DNA of 64,000 bases, taken from NCBI GenBank assembly GCA_021613535.1, contig CP075493.1, positions 1,736,001 to 1,800,000 of the forward strand, written 5' to 3'. Under the pieces are notes generated by a model, which saw nothing but the letters and a program-made list of their open reading frames with translations, made no database searches and was not told where the DNA came from. The translations under genes and the position numbers were made by a program. Shown here piece by piece: positions 26,776-40,233 of the stretch. Origin of the DNA: Adineta vaga. Lineage: Eukaryota > Animalia > Rotifera. The stretch's first letter is position 1; every line of letters begins with the position of its first letter.

Positions 26776-27103
26776 CAAACTGTTTCTGATTTAATATCAA
26801 GAATATTGGATGGAGCTGTAGCCGCAAAACGTTTTGAAATCGTAGTTAATGCAAATTTAGCGGTTAATGGCAAAGATGTTTTTGAAATTTTTAATGGATC
26901 AACATCATGTTCAATACGTATATCTGCATCGACAAGTCTAGCTGCAGCTTGGGGTTTCAATTACTATTTAAAATATGTAGCAGATGGTTCAGGTACTAAA
27001 TAATAAATGTGTCACTTGAAAAATATTCATTTATTTCCTTCTATAATTTACTGGTCAGGTAAGAATAATTGGATGAATGGTTCTAATTAGTTTCAGTACG
27101 TGA
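26776..27103 (+). pseudogene. NAGLU: NAGLU pseudogene, 5' exons (lying downstream of the 3' exons in copy A)
   Basis: QTVSDLISRILDGAVAAKRFEIVV...SASTSLAAAWGFNYYLKY...YWSGKN matches the NAGLU N-terminal domain. Confidence 0.85.
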
Positions 27104-27378
27104 TATCAAATATTAGCATTCACAATGTTTGCTTTGTTCGACACGAATACATAATTCAATGAATTTTTCAATTTGGTGAATAAAATTTCTGTAGGACATT
27201 GAATTGACGAGAAAAAGATATTCTATCTATAAAGCGTTTGCGAATTCAAAATTTTCAGTTTAATTTCACGTCAAATACATGATTTGCGTTGCTTCAAAAG
27301 ATTTTCATTTTATGTGATAAGACAAAAATTTTTGTTCTTTATTTATTTATATATATATATAAATAAAACAAATTATTT

Positions 27379-28904
27379 TTACGATGAACAAGCACAAGAT
27401 GCTGCATGTTCAGCTGAATATACAAATGCTTCCGTAGCTAATACCGGATGTTGTTCAACTAATAAACGCCAATCATCTGTTTCGATGACTTGAAGAATAT
27501 TTCGCATAATAAAATTTAAAATACGTTTTTTCAATTCATGTGCATTGTGTAAATCAGCAACAATAAAAAGCATTGTACAATTAGATATCGATAATGAATT
27601 GATCATAATTAATTCTGCTTTTTGCTTCAAAAATTCTAATTGATATTTATCAGCAGCTTTGAATATTTCTATGGCATTATGTTCGTTGATATCTTCAACA
27701 TTTGAAGTGTAAATATATTCAAGTAAACAACGCACAGTTTCAGGTTGTAAATCAGTTATTTCAATTGATGAATTTTGATCTTCCAACATTGAATGAGAAA
27801 ACATTGCAGCAAATACTGGACTACGAGCCTAAACACGTAAGATGAAGAAAATGAACATATATTTTACAACTATTGTTCACATCATAGAATTGTTATATCT
27901 TTACTTACACTTAATATGCTTCGATGAACATAAAATGTCATTGTTGTAGATGTTGACGGAGTTGCTAATGCTGTTGATGTTGTTTCATCTGATGATTCAC
28001 CTGCTCCGTTACTTCCTCCTGAATTTGTACTATATCGTTTTCGTTTTATTCGACTGTTATTTCTTTTCGGCACTGATGTTGATGATGATGGTATATCTGA
28101 TGATCTATTTTCATAGGTCATGTTATTGAATTGTTCTGGTCGAACAATAATCGTAACATCATAACAACCGTCTTTCCTTGATGTTAATAATGAACCAAAA
28201 TGTGTGGATAATGACATCAAACTTTCGCATGTATTCTTTTTTTCTTCATGAATTATTGATGATGAAGATTCTCCAACAATAATAACACGAGCAAAAATTT
28301 TTAAACTTTGATCAGAATTTAATAGTTCAGATTTACGTTGTGTGGTCAATACCATACGCATTAAATATTCAGAATAACCCCAATCACCACCTGTAGGAAA
28401 TACATGATAAGGAGTTTTTCGTACAATATGAAATTCTCCACGACTATTAATTAAAGAAAATTCCGCTTTAGCTAATAGATCTGAACGACCACGAACATAT
28501 TTCACAAATAAACTAATATATTCAACTGACTTTTCATTGACACCTTTAGGATATAATTTTAAACACCAACTGAAAAACAAAGAAAAACTAGTTAATTCGA
28601 AAAATATAGAAAAAACGAATTTCTTTACCTTGTATCCGTATGGGGACCAAATGTGGGTGAAAAATATGAACTGAATAGAACACGAGGTGATTGAGGGTCA
28701 TCTATATCAATATCAAATAGAATAAAATAATGAGAAGAAAATAAAAACTCATAATAAACCTAAATATGATTGAAAATGATCAATTGTCCACAAATGTGTA
28801 AATGAAACAACTTTTCGATCAGTTAAACAAATTGAATGCGGAGGATTGGCTGAAAGTGGACGATTGCCACGAAAGTTTGAACGTTCAGTATTGCTGTTCG
28901 ACAT
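27379..28904 (-). CDS. SPOP-like MATH-BTB protein, 4 exons
   Basis: MATH: FTHLWTIDHF, WCLKLYPKG, YISLFVKY, GDWGYSEY. BTB: VHRSILS|ARSPVFAAMF, AADKYQL. BACK-like tail. Confidence 0.9.
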
Positions 28905-30238
28905 TGACTTGACTGTATGATGATTGACAGAACATAGACAAATAAAAAAGTAAACACATTATTTCTTATTGGTCGATAATAATCGACCAATGACGGTCAC
29001 ATTCTTACTGCAAAATGCAAATGTAAAAAAATCTTTCTAAGGTCGATTCGGTCTAACGAAGAGTAATTTGCATATGTATGTTTCATTAGAAATGTATTAG
29101 AAAAGGCTCAATCCTTCTTTGTATATTGTAATATCCAGCCAGAAAGGTGTTTGATAAATTTCGATTAAATGAGAATGAACAAAAGCAAATAAAAGATTTT
29201 ATGTCTTGAAAAGATTGTATATTATTCAAGCACATAAGTATTCATCAATAAACAATTTCCATTATTTAGAAGTACTGGAAGAAACATATCAGCATTTAGT
29301 CTTCCAATTCCAACTGATGAATATATCTTTAATGTGAACTATACAATGTTCGGGATTACTCTCCATGTTTCTTAGTATTGGAAACAACACGAAAACTTGT
29401 GAAACACGTAGCCAATAATTTTCTTTCGATTTCAGCACATTATTAGGATGCAAAATATTCAAAACAAGAAATCACCATTATTAAGTCATTGAGATATCGT
29501 TGTTGAAAAACTTGAAAGGATCAAAAATGTTCTCGTAATCAAAAGAAGTCAAATCTTCAACAATATCAAAGTATTGTTTCTCTTTTAATTAAAATTTTAA
29601 TAGAGAATTTTTCTTTCTTGTTCAAAAGTATTGCACATTATAATATGGCACTAACAAATAAATCATTTCTTGATTTGATTGATGATCCACAGGAAAAAAT
29701 TAGCAATAAATGTTCAATATCTATCGAACCGATTAAATGACCTTTGAAAAAAAGACCAAAAGATTGTTTTCTGTCAAATAAAAGATGAATATGATCATCA
29801 ATAGAAATGTTTGGATCATGATAAATTAGACGATGACGAATTTAGAAAATTTCTTTTAAAAGTAGTTATGATCAATAATCAGTAAAAGCTATAGAGAAGT
29901 TTGCTTTCAATAAATACAAAAACAAACAAAAATTCACACCAATTTCAGAACTTCTGGGACTAGGACATCTTTTATACGTAACGTAATTCAATGGTATGGG
30001 AATAAAAAGAAGAAAGAACTTCAATGATCGACTAGATCAAGACAAACAAGGGAATGAAAGGAAATATATAATTGGTTATTCGAAAGTGACGAATAAATAC
30101 ATTGCGAGATGACATTCCATAAGTCAAATAGGAACGAATAAAAAACGGTCTTCATAATACACACAGCCGTCGATAGTCTGATTATTTATTCTCTCTGAGT
30201 ATTATTTCAAATGTAAAAGAAAATTTAAAAAAAACAGA

Positions 30239-31378
30239 ATGGATGCAATTCACATTATAATGGCAACATCGACATCTGCCAATCCACACAATACACCAAA
30301 TGAACGTATCGAAAATATTGTGAGAAAAAGAAAGATATCGGCTATTACATTTCTAAGTTCGTTTCCAATGAAAATTTATTATTTGTTTTAAACAAAAAAA
30401 GTACTTTTCTTTTCTAGTTTTCGGAATTCTCCTAATTATCGCCGGTTCATTATTAGCATCATTCGAAAGTCAAAGATTTTCGGTTTCATTCATTGTTTTC
30501 GGGTATTATTTCATCTAACTATCATAAAAAAATATCTTTGTTACATTTTAATAGTATCATTGGAATTGTATTTGCTTTCATGTATTGGATATCAGCTGAA
30601 AAGATTTTAATTGCAGCACGAAAATACAATGCAGATAGAATGAGAGTAAAATTCATTCGATTTATTTATATATGTCATAGTAAATGAAAATATCATAATG
30701 ATATTTAGGAAATACAATTACAAGCTCACAATCCCGGTGCTTTTATTTCAGAAAATGCAAATCATAGGTACATTGTCTTCAAAAAATAACTAAGCTAGCA
30801 TTCATTAAGAATATGTTTTTCTAGGAATCTTGAACGATATAGTACTACAACTCGTACTGGTTTACCAAGTTATGAACAAAGTGTTTCTCCTCATATAGGT
30901 AAATATCGGTCGATTGGAAAAATCGTTTAACAGAAATCAGAATCTTCGAATAAGAGAAAATGCAACAATATTAACCTTCCATTACAATAAGATTAGAATT
31001 AGTAGATTATTGATAAAGATAAACAACAAATAGTTGTCGAATGACGAGAACATAATTAACTTCGATAATTCTCATTTCTATAAGTTAATGAATACTAAGG
31101 AAATTTCTAAAATTGAATATAAATCGTCGATTTTCACATATATTCGATAGTAGTATTGACATTTCAATGTCTCAAAAACCTATTTCTATGTTTTAATAAT
31201 TTCAGAAATTCCACCTCCATATGAAGAAGCAATCAAAATAAAATCATCTAGTCCTACGAATGCTAATTCTAGTCAATCATCTTCATCACCCATCCCAATT
31301 AACTCAATTTCACTATCAGTTGATCAAGCTACCAATGCATCTTCCACATCTCAAGAAATATCAACTCAAATTCAATAA
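30239..31378 (+). CDS. Small two-TM membrane protein with cytoplasmic PY motifs (LPSY, PPPY), ~6 exons
   Basis: Splices to MDAIHIIMATST...RKRKISAITFL|IFGILLIIAGSLLASF..|IIGIVFAFMYWISAEK...|GLPSYEQSVSPHI|EIPPPYEEAIK...STQIQ-stop. Confidence 0.65.
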
Positions 31379-31677
31379 TTCATCCATGTTGCTATATATT
31401 TTTTTTTGTGTCTTAATACATCTCTCAATCTTTACTATTTTTCTATTCTATTCTCATATTTGAAGAGAATGATCTAGTTTATTGGTTCTTTCTTCTTTTT
31501 CTATATTCAGCTCAATCATTGTTTTCTTTTTTTTGTATGAATGATCGATCAAATATACTAATGAAATAAAGTATGTGTAGCAATTGTGTGAATATCTAGT
31601 CGATATAATTCTTAGTTTTTTTTAAAATTTTCAACAAGAATTGTTTTTGCCTCAATGTTTTCTTTGATTGTTCAGGA

Positions 31678-32753
31678 ATGAATAAGAGTGTGCAGAGTCC
31701 AAATGATGAACCACAACTACTTTGGTTAAGACACTTCTTTGCTGGTGTCTGCGCCGGTGGTGTCAGTCGAACATGTACTGCTCCGATCGATCGTTTACGA
31801 ACTTTTTTTCAAGGTATTTCTTTTCACTTTTTTATAGTTTTTTTTTCATTATTTGAATGTTTTATTCTTTAGTTTATGGTCTTGATACACATGGACGAAT
31901 GACAATTGGTTCGACATTTATTTCAATGATCAAAGAAGGTGGTATTCGATCATTATGGCGTGGAAATTTAATGAATGTAATTAAAGTTTCACCTGAAACT
32001 GGTATAAGATTAATGTCATACGAAGCATTCAAACGCTTACTTGGACAAACGGCAACACATGAAGTAAATATTTTCCAAAAGTTTCTTTGCGGTTCAACAG
32101 CTGGTTTTACTGCTAGTGTATTGATTTATCCTATGAAAACAATCAAAGTAATAAATCCTGAAAAAGTTTTCCTTTCATATCAATAAAAGCAATCGTTTCT
32201 TTTCATTTAGACTCGTTTAACAATACGTAAAACCAACGAATATAAATCAATTGTAGATTGTATTTCAAAGATCTATCGAGGAGAAGGTTTACGAGCATTC
32301 TATAAAGGTTTGTTAGAAGAAGAAAAAACCCACCAAATTCGTTTCTGAATTACTTTCTTTTTGATAATATTTTTAGGATTATTACCAAGTGCACTAGCTA
32401 TTCTTCCGGCTAGTGGTATTGATCTTGCATTATATGAAACTTTAAAACGACAACTAGAAGCATATCATGGTTATGCAACGAATCCAATTGAAAAACTTAT
32501 TCTTGGTAATGTATCTAATGGTATTAGTCAATTTTTTATTTATCCATTATTAAATGTTCGAACACGACTTCAATCAAATGTGGATCGAACTGATACAATG
32601 ACACAGATTTTAAAACGTTTATGGACACATCACGGACTTCGAGGTCTTTATAATGGATTTTCCTTACATATGTTACGTTTAGCACCATCAAGTGGTATAT
32701 CATTTCTAACATTTGAATATATTAGTAAATTATTAGGTGCTAAAGCTTTGTAG
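31678..32753 (+). CDS. Mitochondrial carrier, SCaMC/SLC25A23-25/41-like (ATP-Mg/Pi type) without EF-hand domain, 4 exons
   Basis: RHFFAGVCAGGVSRTCTAPIDRL, KEGGIRSLWRGNLMNVIKVSPE, GIDLALYETLK, YPLLNVRTRLQ. Confidence 0.88.
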
Positions 32754-33232
32754 TAACAAAAGTCAATTCTAATAGGATATCTATTTGTGTATGTGTGTGC
32801 ATATGTATCTGAATCGATGTGTATAGGATAAAATTGCATTCTTGTTTACTGTTCACATATACTTCTGTAAGACGAAAATACTTTGTTTTCGTTTTTGTAT
32901 CCTGTCTTCCATGACTTTAAAAGAAATATTAACGAATAAAATATAAAACGATTGTGATATAAATTCATCTTGAAGAAAAGAAATCAAACAAGATCATTCA
33001 TAAATATCAATGAATTCTTTTCTATTAACATATCTTTACAGATATAATACAGAGAACAAAACAATAATAATTTTCTTCTTATAGACACATTGAATTAGAA
33101 GAATAGATATCAAATATCAATCAACATATGTATATAAACACATCTGCTAACTATAAACATATTCTTTCTAAACAGACGATAGTCTATAGTCTTCCAACAT
33201 GTTTCTATATCAATAACAATCTTGATATTAAA

Positions 33233-33867
33233 ATGCCTTTCATTTCAATTCTTATTATTATTCTAATCAAATTTAATCTATCCATGATTCATAATTGTTT
33301 TTCGATGGGTGAGAATTGCAACATCACTATTTTTGGATCAAATGAAATTTTTTTCAAATACAATTTAATCATTATCTTTAGTTCTTCCATCATCAATCAA
33401 TTCCAATACTACACATATTTTACATATACGTATACGTAATTCTTCTATTGAAACAATTGTTAATGAAAAACAATTAAATTTCATTGAAAAACAATTACAA
33501 TTAAAGAAAATAACATATCAACGAATAGAAGATGAACATAATAGTATCACTATGATCATTGGACCTTTTCTTAAACTAACAAATTCATCAATATCATTCA
33601 ATGTAACCAAACAAATGATACTTAAAAATGATTTAGATAATCAAACAACTATTCGAATAGATCTCAATGAAGGTCGATCGACATCTGATCAAGGTATATC
33701 TGTTCTTTTTCTCTCTCCTGCATTATCAATGATTCGAATTTAACTTTCTAGAATCTTACGATTTTCGTCATTGTCTTGAATTATGTGAAATTTATGAAGA
33801 TGAAGAATTTAAACCCGATCATAATTGTATTCGAAGAAAATGTTTAGAAGATATTACAGGAATTTAA
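33233..33867 (+). CDS. Orphan, probably secreted protein with a C-terminal four-cysteine module, 3 exons
   Basis: MPFISILIIILIKFNLSMIHNCFSM|VLPSSINSNTTH...EGRSTSDQ|ESYDFRHCLELCEIYEDEEFKPDHNCIRRKCLEDITGI; introns ~33309-33381 and ~33694-33751. Confidence 0.6.
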
Positions 33868-34459
33868 TAGCAAATCCAGATCCATTCCTTTTTCTTTCAT
33901 CTTCTAACAAAAATTGTAGAGAAAATCTTTGTGTTTTTTCTTCTTCTTCTTCTTCTCTTCAATACGAATCGAACTGTTTTTGTAAGAAAGCGATCGTATA
34001 CATGATCTAATTGTTTTAACTTTGAAAAGAAAATAACTTAACTATTTGACGAAATTTATTTTAACTAAGAAACAAAATCATTTTCTATTGTATACAGTTG
34101 TTAAAAAACACTGACCTCCAGGGATGTCATCGTCAAAACAAGTTTTTCTCTTAAGATATAGAAACAAAAAATTGATTTAACTATTTCATTCGAAATGAAA
34201 TCTTCGACTATTTATCAACGCAATTGATATTCAAATAAATAATTTTGCATTCAAGATCCACAAGTAATAATATTCAAAACTGCACTGAGAAAATAAAACA
34301 AACTTTCATACGTCTGTTCACTATTTACTTTCTTTTTCTTCTTCTTTTTAACAGACTATTTGTTTATTTTTGTAAAAAGCACATATAAAGACACTTGAAA
34401 ATTCTTTTGAATACAATCATTTTCTTTTCACATTTACAGTTTGCGCAATCAAAGACATT

Positions 34460-35107
34460 ATGGTAACAAATCCACATGTACAAAGTCGTGTGAAACATTT
34501 TGAACTTTTATTATCACGTGAAAAAGTTCTTCTTGAACGTCGATATGATCAAAATATTTCCACGTACAAAAAACTTGAACAAACAATTCGTCATGAGAGT
34601 AAGAAAATTCCAATTTGTAGTCGAAGAAAAGAATCCATTCCAATAGATGAACTTTATAATGAAGAAAATCGTCCAGAAAATCAACGAAAAAAACGTATTC
34701 ATTCATTTGATAATCCCTACAATAAGTCGACTACAAATCAAACACAATTTTCCAATGAAAAAACGTCTCCTTTCTTACCGAAATATCGTCGTTTATGTAC
34801 TAAAGCACATCGTTTACCTCCGATAACAGGAGCTTGTATTCCATCTACAGAAAAACGAATTCATCAACAAAGAATTCGTCAAAATGATAATGAAACAATC
34901 GATCGAGAAAGCGAAATTCTCAATGATTTAATAAAAGATATCAATGATCAATTATCCAAACGAACGACAACAGAAACAAACAAAGTCGATCGGCAAGTTC
35001 ATTCATTTATGGATACATTACCCGAATATAAAGGCTTGCAAAAAGGCTTTGATAATTTCGGTCCATCATCACTCTATTCAACTCGTGTCACAGTGGCCAT
35101 GAAATAA
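34460..35107 (+). CDS. Hypothetical hydrophilic protein (215 aa)
   Basis: Long ATG-initiated ORF with codon style like neighbouring genes, preceded by an acceptor-like tttacag. No family recognised. Confidence 0.65.
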   Translation: MVTNPHVQSRVKHFELLLSREKVLLERRYDQNISTYKKLEQTIRHESKKIPICSRRKESIPIDELYNEENRPENQRKKRIHSFDNPYNKSTTNQTQFSNEKTSPFLPKYRRLCTKAHRLPPITGACIPSTEKRIHQQRIRQNDNETIDRESEILNDLIKDINDQLSKRTTTETNKVDRQVHSFMDTLPEYKGLQKGFDNFGPSSLYSTRVTVAMK

Positions 35108-35340
35108 ATTCTTTCTTCTTTTTTTTTGTTGTTGTTGTTGAAAAAGAACATTGTATCTAGTCATCTGGTGAATTTCCTTTCAACATTGTTCTTTACATTC
35201 TTCTATAATTCCATTCTAATTAAAAAGTATTATTTTACTTCAATGAAAATAAATGTTAATTAAAATTTATTAGATTGAATCAAAAAGAAGTAAGATAAAG
35301 ATTATAGTGTCATTTGAATAACAACGTAGAAATCTATGTT

Positions 35341-37659
35341 TTAACATTGTCGAGCGAGATAAACACGTTTTTGACATTCATATATACGACGAATGTCATT
35401 ACGAAAATTAGCATTAAAAAATGAATAGATCAATGGATTACACTACAAGAAAAACATTACATACTTTGTTTATTTTTCAAGAAATCAGTTGTACTTACAG
35501 CACTATTGATATAATAAAGTAAAAATAGAACTTCACGAAATTCATTGGGTTTAATATTGAATAAAGTGATGATTATCGACGGTAAATACATTAGAATAAA
35601 GGTAGCTGTAACAATAAATAATGTTAATGTGGTTCGAATATTTGCTGCACGTTCTTGTTTTTGTTGTCGTTCAAAGATTTGATTGTTTTCAACATCGAAT
35701 GTTGAACCACGACATGTTGATATAATCGAATTTCGACCTACATCAGGTGATAATGAATGATGATTATTTAAATGTGTTGTCAATTGATGATGCGATGGTG
35801 ATGATGTTCTATTTAATTGTATACTTAGAGGATCTTCTACAATACAATGTTCTTCTGGTTCGGATGAATTGACTAGAAGAAAAAGAGAATGTATTAATTT
35901 CCGGATAACATTTTTGTTATTTCTAATTAAAAAAAGAAGTTAAATGAATCGAATGCATTCAAAGGACATACGACATGAACTAATTGTCAAATAATTTATC
36001 CTTACGAAATGAAACTTTTCGTGGATTTATTAAAACATCCGATGATCGTGGTTGTTGTCGAATTGATAGAGTATTACTTGATTTTCTTGCCATTGTTGGA
36101 TGAAGTAAATTCAATGATGGTGAAATATTTCCCAATGATTCATTATCATTCGAATGATTCTCTTTGATATTGATTTCATTTGAACAAATCGATGATGAAA
36201 CAACTTGTCCAGGTACTGTTAGAAATGGTGAATTTGAAGATCGTAAATGTGTTGATGTATGAAGTGAACTTTCTGTTGTTGATGATGATGATTGTTCTGT
36301 TCCACAATATGTTGTTGCAGCTATGGAATTGACTCTTGAACGTATTAAATTCGTTGGTGATGTTTCATCCCAAATTCCACTCGTAAAATATGTCATTGAT
36401 GTCATTGAAATTGCTGAATAACGTTTTCCACGTGCACCATTAATTTCTAGAATAATTTGTTCCGGTTTTTTCTTAATCATTAATGATTTTTCATGTAAAG
36501 AATATTTGAGTTTATGTTCATTACGATCATCATCATCATCATCGAATGATTGATGAAATTTTTGACAACAATAACAACATAAATAAACTAAAATAGAATG
36601 TCGATGAATACGTTGTCGATTTTGACCGGTTTTAATTAGATAAGATTGAAAAATTCTTTGATAAGTCGATATTTTTTTTGTACGTGTACGACGACGTTGA
36701 TAAATTGCATTATAAATAAATAAATACAAAATAAGGACAAGAATAATACATATGGCAAATAAAGTACTATGAAATATTCGATAAAGAATTAAAAATTTCG
36801 ACATATGAAGATCTATATCAAATAATAAAAGAATAAATATTTCAATAGAAATTGAATTTACATACTTAAACTAAATCTTGGACTACATTTTACATCCGTT
36901 ATATTTACAACTGCAAATGGTAATCTATCAACATTTGTGTTGATATGTTCAACATGTGTATAAACAATCGATTGATCTGTATGAGACGTTTCAAAAGATA
37001 ATTTATCGGAATGATTACTATGCAATTGAAGAACATGTTCAACAGTCGAATATTCACTCATAGGTATAATTGCTAAAAAAGAACGATAGGAACAATATTT
37101 ATTCGAATGTTTTCATTCAAAATTTTACCAAATAATGAACATAAAAAACCACAGAGAAGAACAATGATATGTGCACGACGAATTGTAATGATTTTATATA
37201 ATGGCCAACAGATACAAAAATATCGATCGAATGCAATAACTGTAATAAGAAATGTAGAATAGAGAACATGTGCATTGAGAAAACCATATAATTTGCATAT
37301 GAATTCATGTCGAATACCTAAAAAAGAGACGTTCATTTTGAAAATTATTTATCATTCATACCTGTTGTTGTTTGATATAAATCTAATGGTGCCAGAATTA
37401 AACAAATGATTAAATCAACAATGGCTAACATTTTAATGAAAAATGTACATGTTTTATTATCATTTCGATTAATATAAACATAAAGAACGAGAAGATTACC
37501 AGTTGAACCAAAAACAATTGTAATGATTAAAACGAACCAAACAGAAATAAATATGAATAAATGTAAGAGATGAATATGATCATTATTTTCAATCGATGTT
37601 TCATTCAACATAGGAGATGATGTTGAAAATATTGATGGATAATAGAAGAGTGTTCCCAT
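35341..37659 (-). CDS. Class A peptide-receptor-like GPCR with a very long ICL3, ~6 exons
   Basis: GSTGNLLV, LAIVD, IAFDRYFCICWP, FILMYLP, YYINSA|CNPLIYSFFNANFR. Confidence 0.88.
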
Positions 37660-40233
37660 TATAGTGAACAAAATATTATGTCTAAAAAAAGAGACATTAA
37701 ATAAACGAAAAGATAAGACTAATGTTTTATTTTCTTCTTCTGTCGTTGTTTTCTCTACTTGTCATGTGGTTTAATTATATTAACTAATAGAAAAATTCTG
37801 TTTTTTTTTCTTTCTCAACTTGCTCACACTGAGAGATAGAGTAGTTAATACTTCCATGAAACAAAGCACGCAATATCATGTCGCTATCTCTCTAATTAAA
37901 ATAGTAGTAGTAGTAGTAGTACGATCAATGGTGTTACTATTTGAAAGTCAATTATAATCAAAAGAAAAATACAATGAACGTAATATGATAACTTTTCTTT
38001 CATCTAATAGAAGAAAGTAAACTCAAATGAGACTTGATAGAGCGAAAAAAAAGTTGACTAATAGATTAAAATAACTTCGTATATATATATTTATATTCAC
38101 GTTCTTAAACGCTCGGGAAATAAAGATAATTGACTTCTTAGAACCTAGTGAATCTCTGTCTTTAATATTTTATTCAAATAAACTCTATTCTATGCATCAA
38201 AGATGAATATATATGTGTGTGTGTGTGTGTGAAGGAGAAAAAAAAAGAAAAAGAAAAAATTCATTCGGAAATTCAATTATTCTCTTTTTCTTTTCATCTT
38301 GAAGGCGTTTCTATTCATGCAAAATATAATCTTTATTTCACATATACAATTCTAAATAAGAAAATCTTACCAGTCCATGACAAGCAAGTCAGACAGTAAG
38401 GGAGATTATCTGCTGTTGACATAATCATTTTCTTTAGTTAAGAAAATAATCAACAAACACTCGAGGTCATAGTTATATTAGACAAAAATCACACACGCAC
38501 ATCAAATACAGTATTACTTTCTGAAACAAACGTAAAAGATCTTCTTTGAAAGAAAGAAGAGCAAGTGGAAAATCGCTTTTCTTCTTTTTCTTTCTTTATA
38601 TCAACATTAATCTTTCATCATATCATCAACTCAATAGGCAACATGTCATTTTTTCCCCTCTATCCTTTAGATTTCTAACAAGAAAATCATCCGTTTGAGT
38701 CTGAATAAAAGTAGTTGAATATGAATGACTAAGATGCTTTCAATAGAATCTTTATGATGAACAAAACAATAAACTAAATGAATTTTCCTAATAAAAATGA
38801 AAGACAAAGAAAAGTTACCCAGTAGTGAAATAATATGTCAAAAGGAATAAGATTATCAATTATAATAATAGAAAAATGTTTTTTAATGGAACTATATATA
38901 TATATATAACAGTAAACTCTATTCTTCGAAATAAATAACGAATTAAATTTGAAAAATAAAGAAAGAATAGAATAATTTATAGAAGCTAAATATAACGAGA
39001 CAGTATCATGAAATGTAGGATGTACTTATATTAACTTGATCTCTGATGACAACTATGAGTAGGAACGTTGATGAAGAACATGTGTTGAACGAAAATAATA
39101 AACTTACATCTATGAATAAGAAGTATGTGATCATGAGAAATCGAAGATTAAGTAATGCTTTTTAGTTACTCATGCACACACTTGAATAAGTTAATAAACT
39201 AATGCATCAATACAAGATTGAATGAATAGGAAAAAAGAGTTCATTCGAGATTAATTCTCAATGAAATATATCATTTGTTAACATAAAGAATAGGTTTACA
39301 TTTCTATTCTCAATTTAAAAAAATACATAGATAAACGAAGAAATTATATACCATTAATTTTCTTTCTCTCTCTATCTAATGATATATTATCGTAGAAAAA
39401 TATCTAACATGCAAATGAGATCTTCCAACGATGTAGACAAGAATTAAAATAATAAAGAAAATGAGATTATATTTCCATTCTATTATCGGGAACAAAAGAA
39501 ATATTTCTTTATCTATTCTTTTCAACAAATCTTATAAGGTGTTATTTATTCAAATTCATCATATATATATATATATAGTTAGGTGTCAAACATATTTACC
39601 TGAAGATTCAAAAATGAAAAACTGTCAGTGAATTTTTGATTAAATTATTTGACTATAAGCACAATGTCAAAGATGCCCTATATTAAAGACTAAATTGTAA
39701 AAGACTTTAGTTTATATTTCTATCAATTGAATTTTCCGACACATGATTTTGTTTTTCTTTCAATTAAATAATAAAACAAAAGACTCACACTGTAGAATAA
39801 ACAGAAGCAAAAGCAAGAATTCAATTGCGTGTTACAATCAAATAGTATTCAATGAGTTTATGATTAAATTCTATATTAGTTTTTCATACTAACATTACAA
39901 TTCATTTCTATGATTTTATCATCAGAAACATTACATAGTCAACAAATGATTAGAAACATAGGAGATGTTCTATAACATCAAAGATTGTATCAATCAATCA
40001 AGACAATATATCTATTCAATCGATTTATCATCAGTAATTTATTTGCATATATGTTTTGACATTGTTATTCATTAATCAAGAAAGCAAAGTTCACTTTTTG
40101 TTGTTGTTGTTTTTTTTTATTCTAACGCTAAGATCGTGATAAAAAATGAAAATTTTTTAACAAAAAAAAAAGAAAACGGAATAACTGAGAATATAGATCT
40201 ACTAGTGCATCATACATGAAAAAGAAAAACATA

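Larger units (their letters stand above)
23801..27103 (+). repeat. Segmental duplicate, copy A (circularly permuted, inverted relative to 57071-59967)
   Basis: 23801-24413 is the reverse complement of 57071-57720, and ~24761-27103 is the reverse complement of 57724-59967, apart from substitutions, small indels and MITEs. Confidence 0.95.

Noticed and set aside
23801-27103. Helitron-mediated capture as the origin of the duplicate
   Set aside because: No 5' TC, 3' hairpin-CTRR end or RepHel remnant seen at either copy's boundaries. Not fully excluded without a genome-wide search.
29050-29850. Possible decayed F-box/LRR-type gene on the minus strand (fragments such as WKLFIDEYL, YQTPFWLD)
   Set aside because: Multiple stops and frameshifts; the family cannot be supported without a search.
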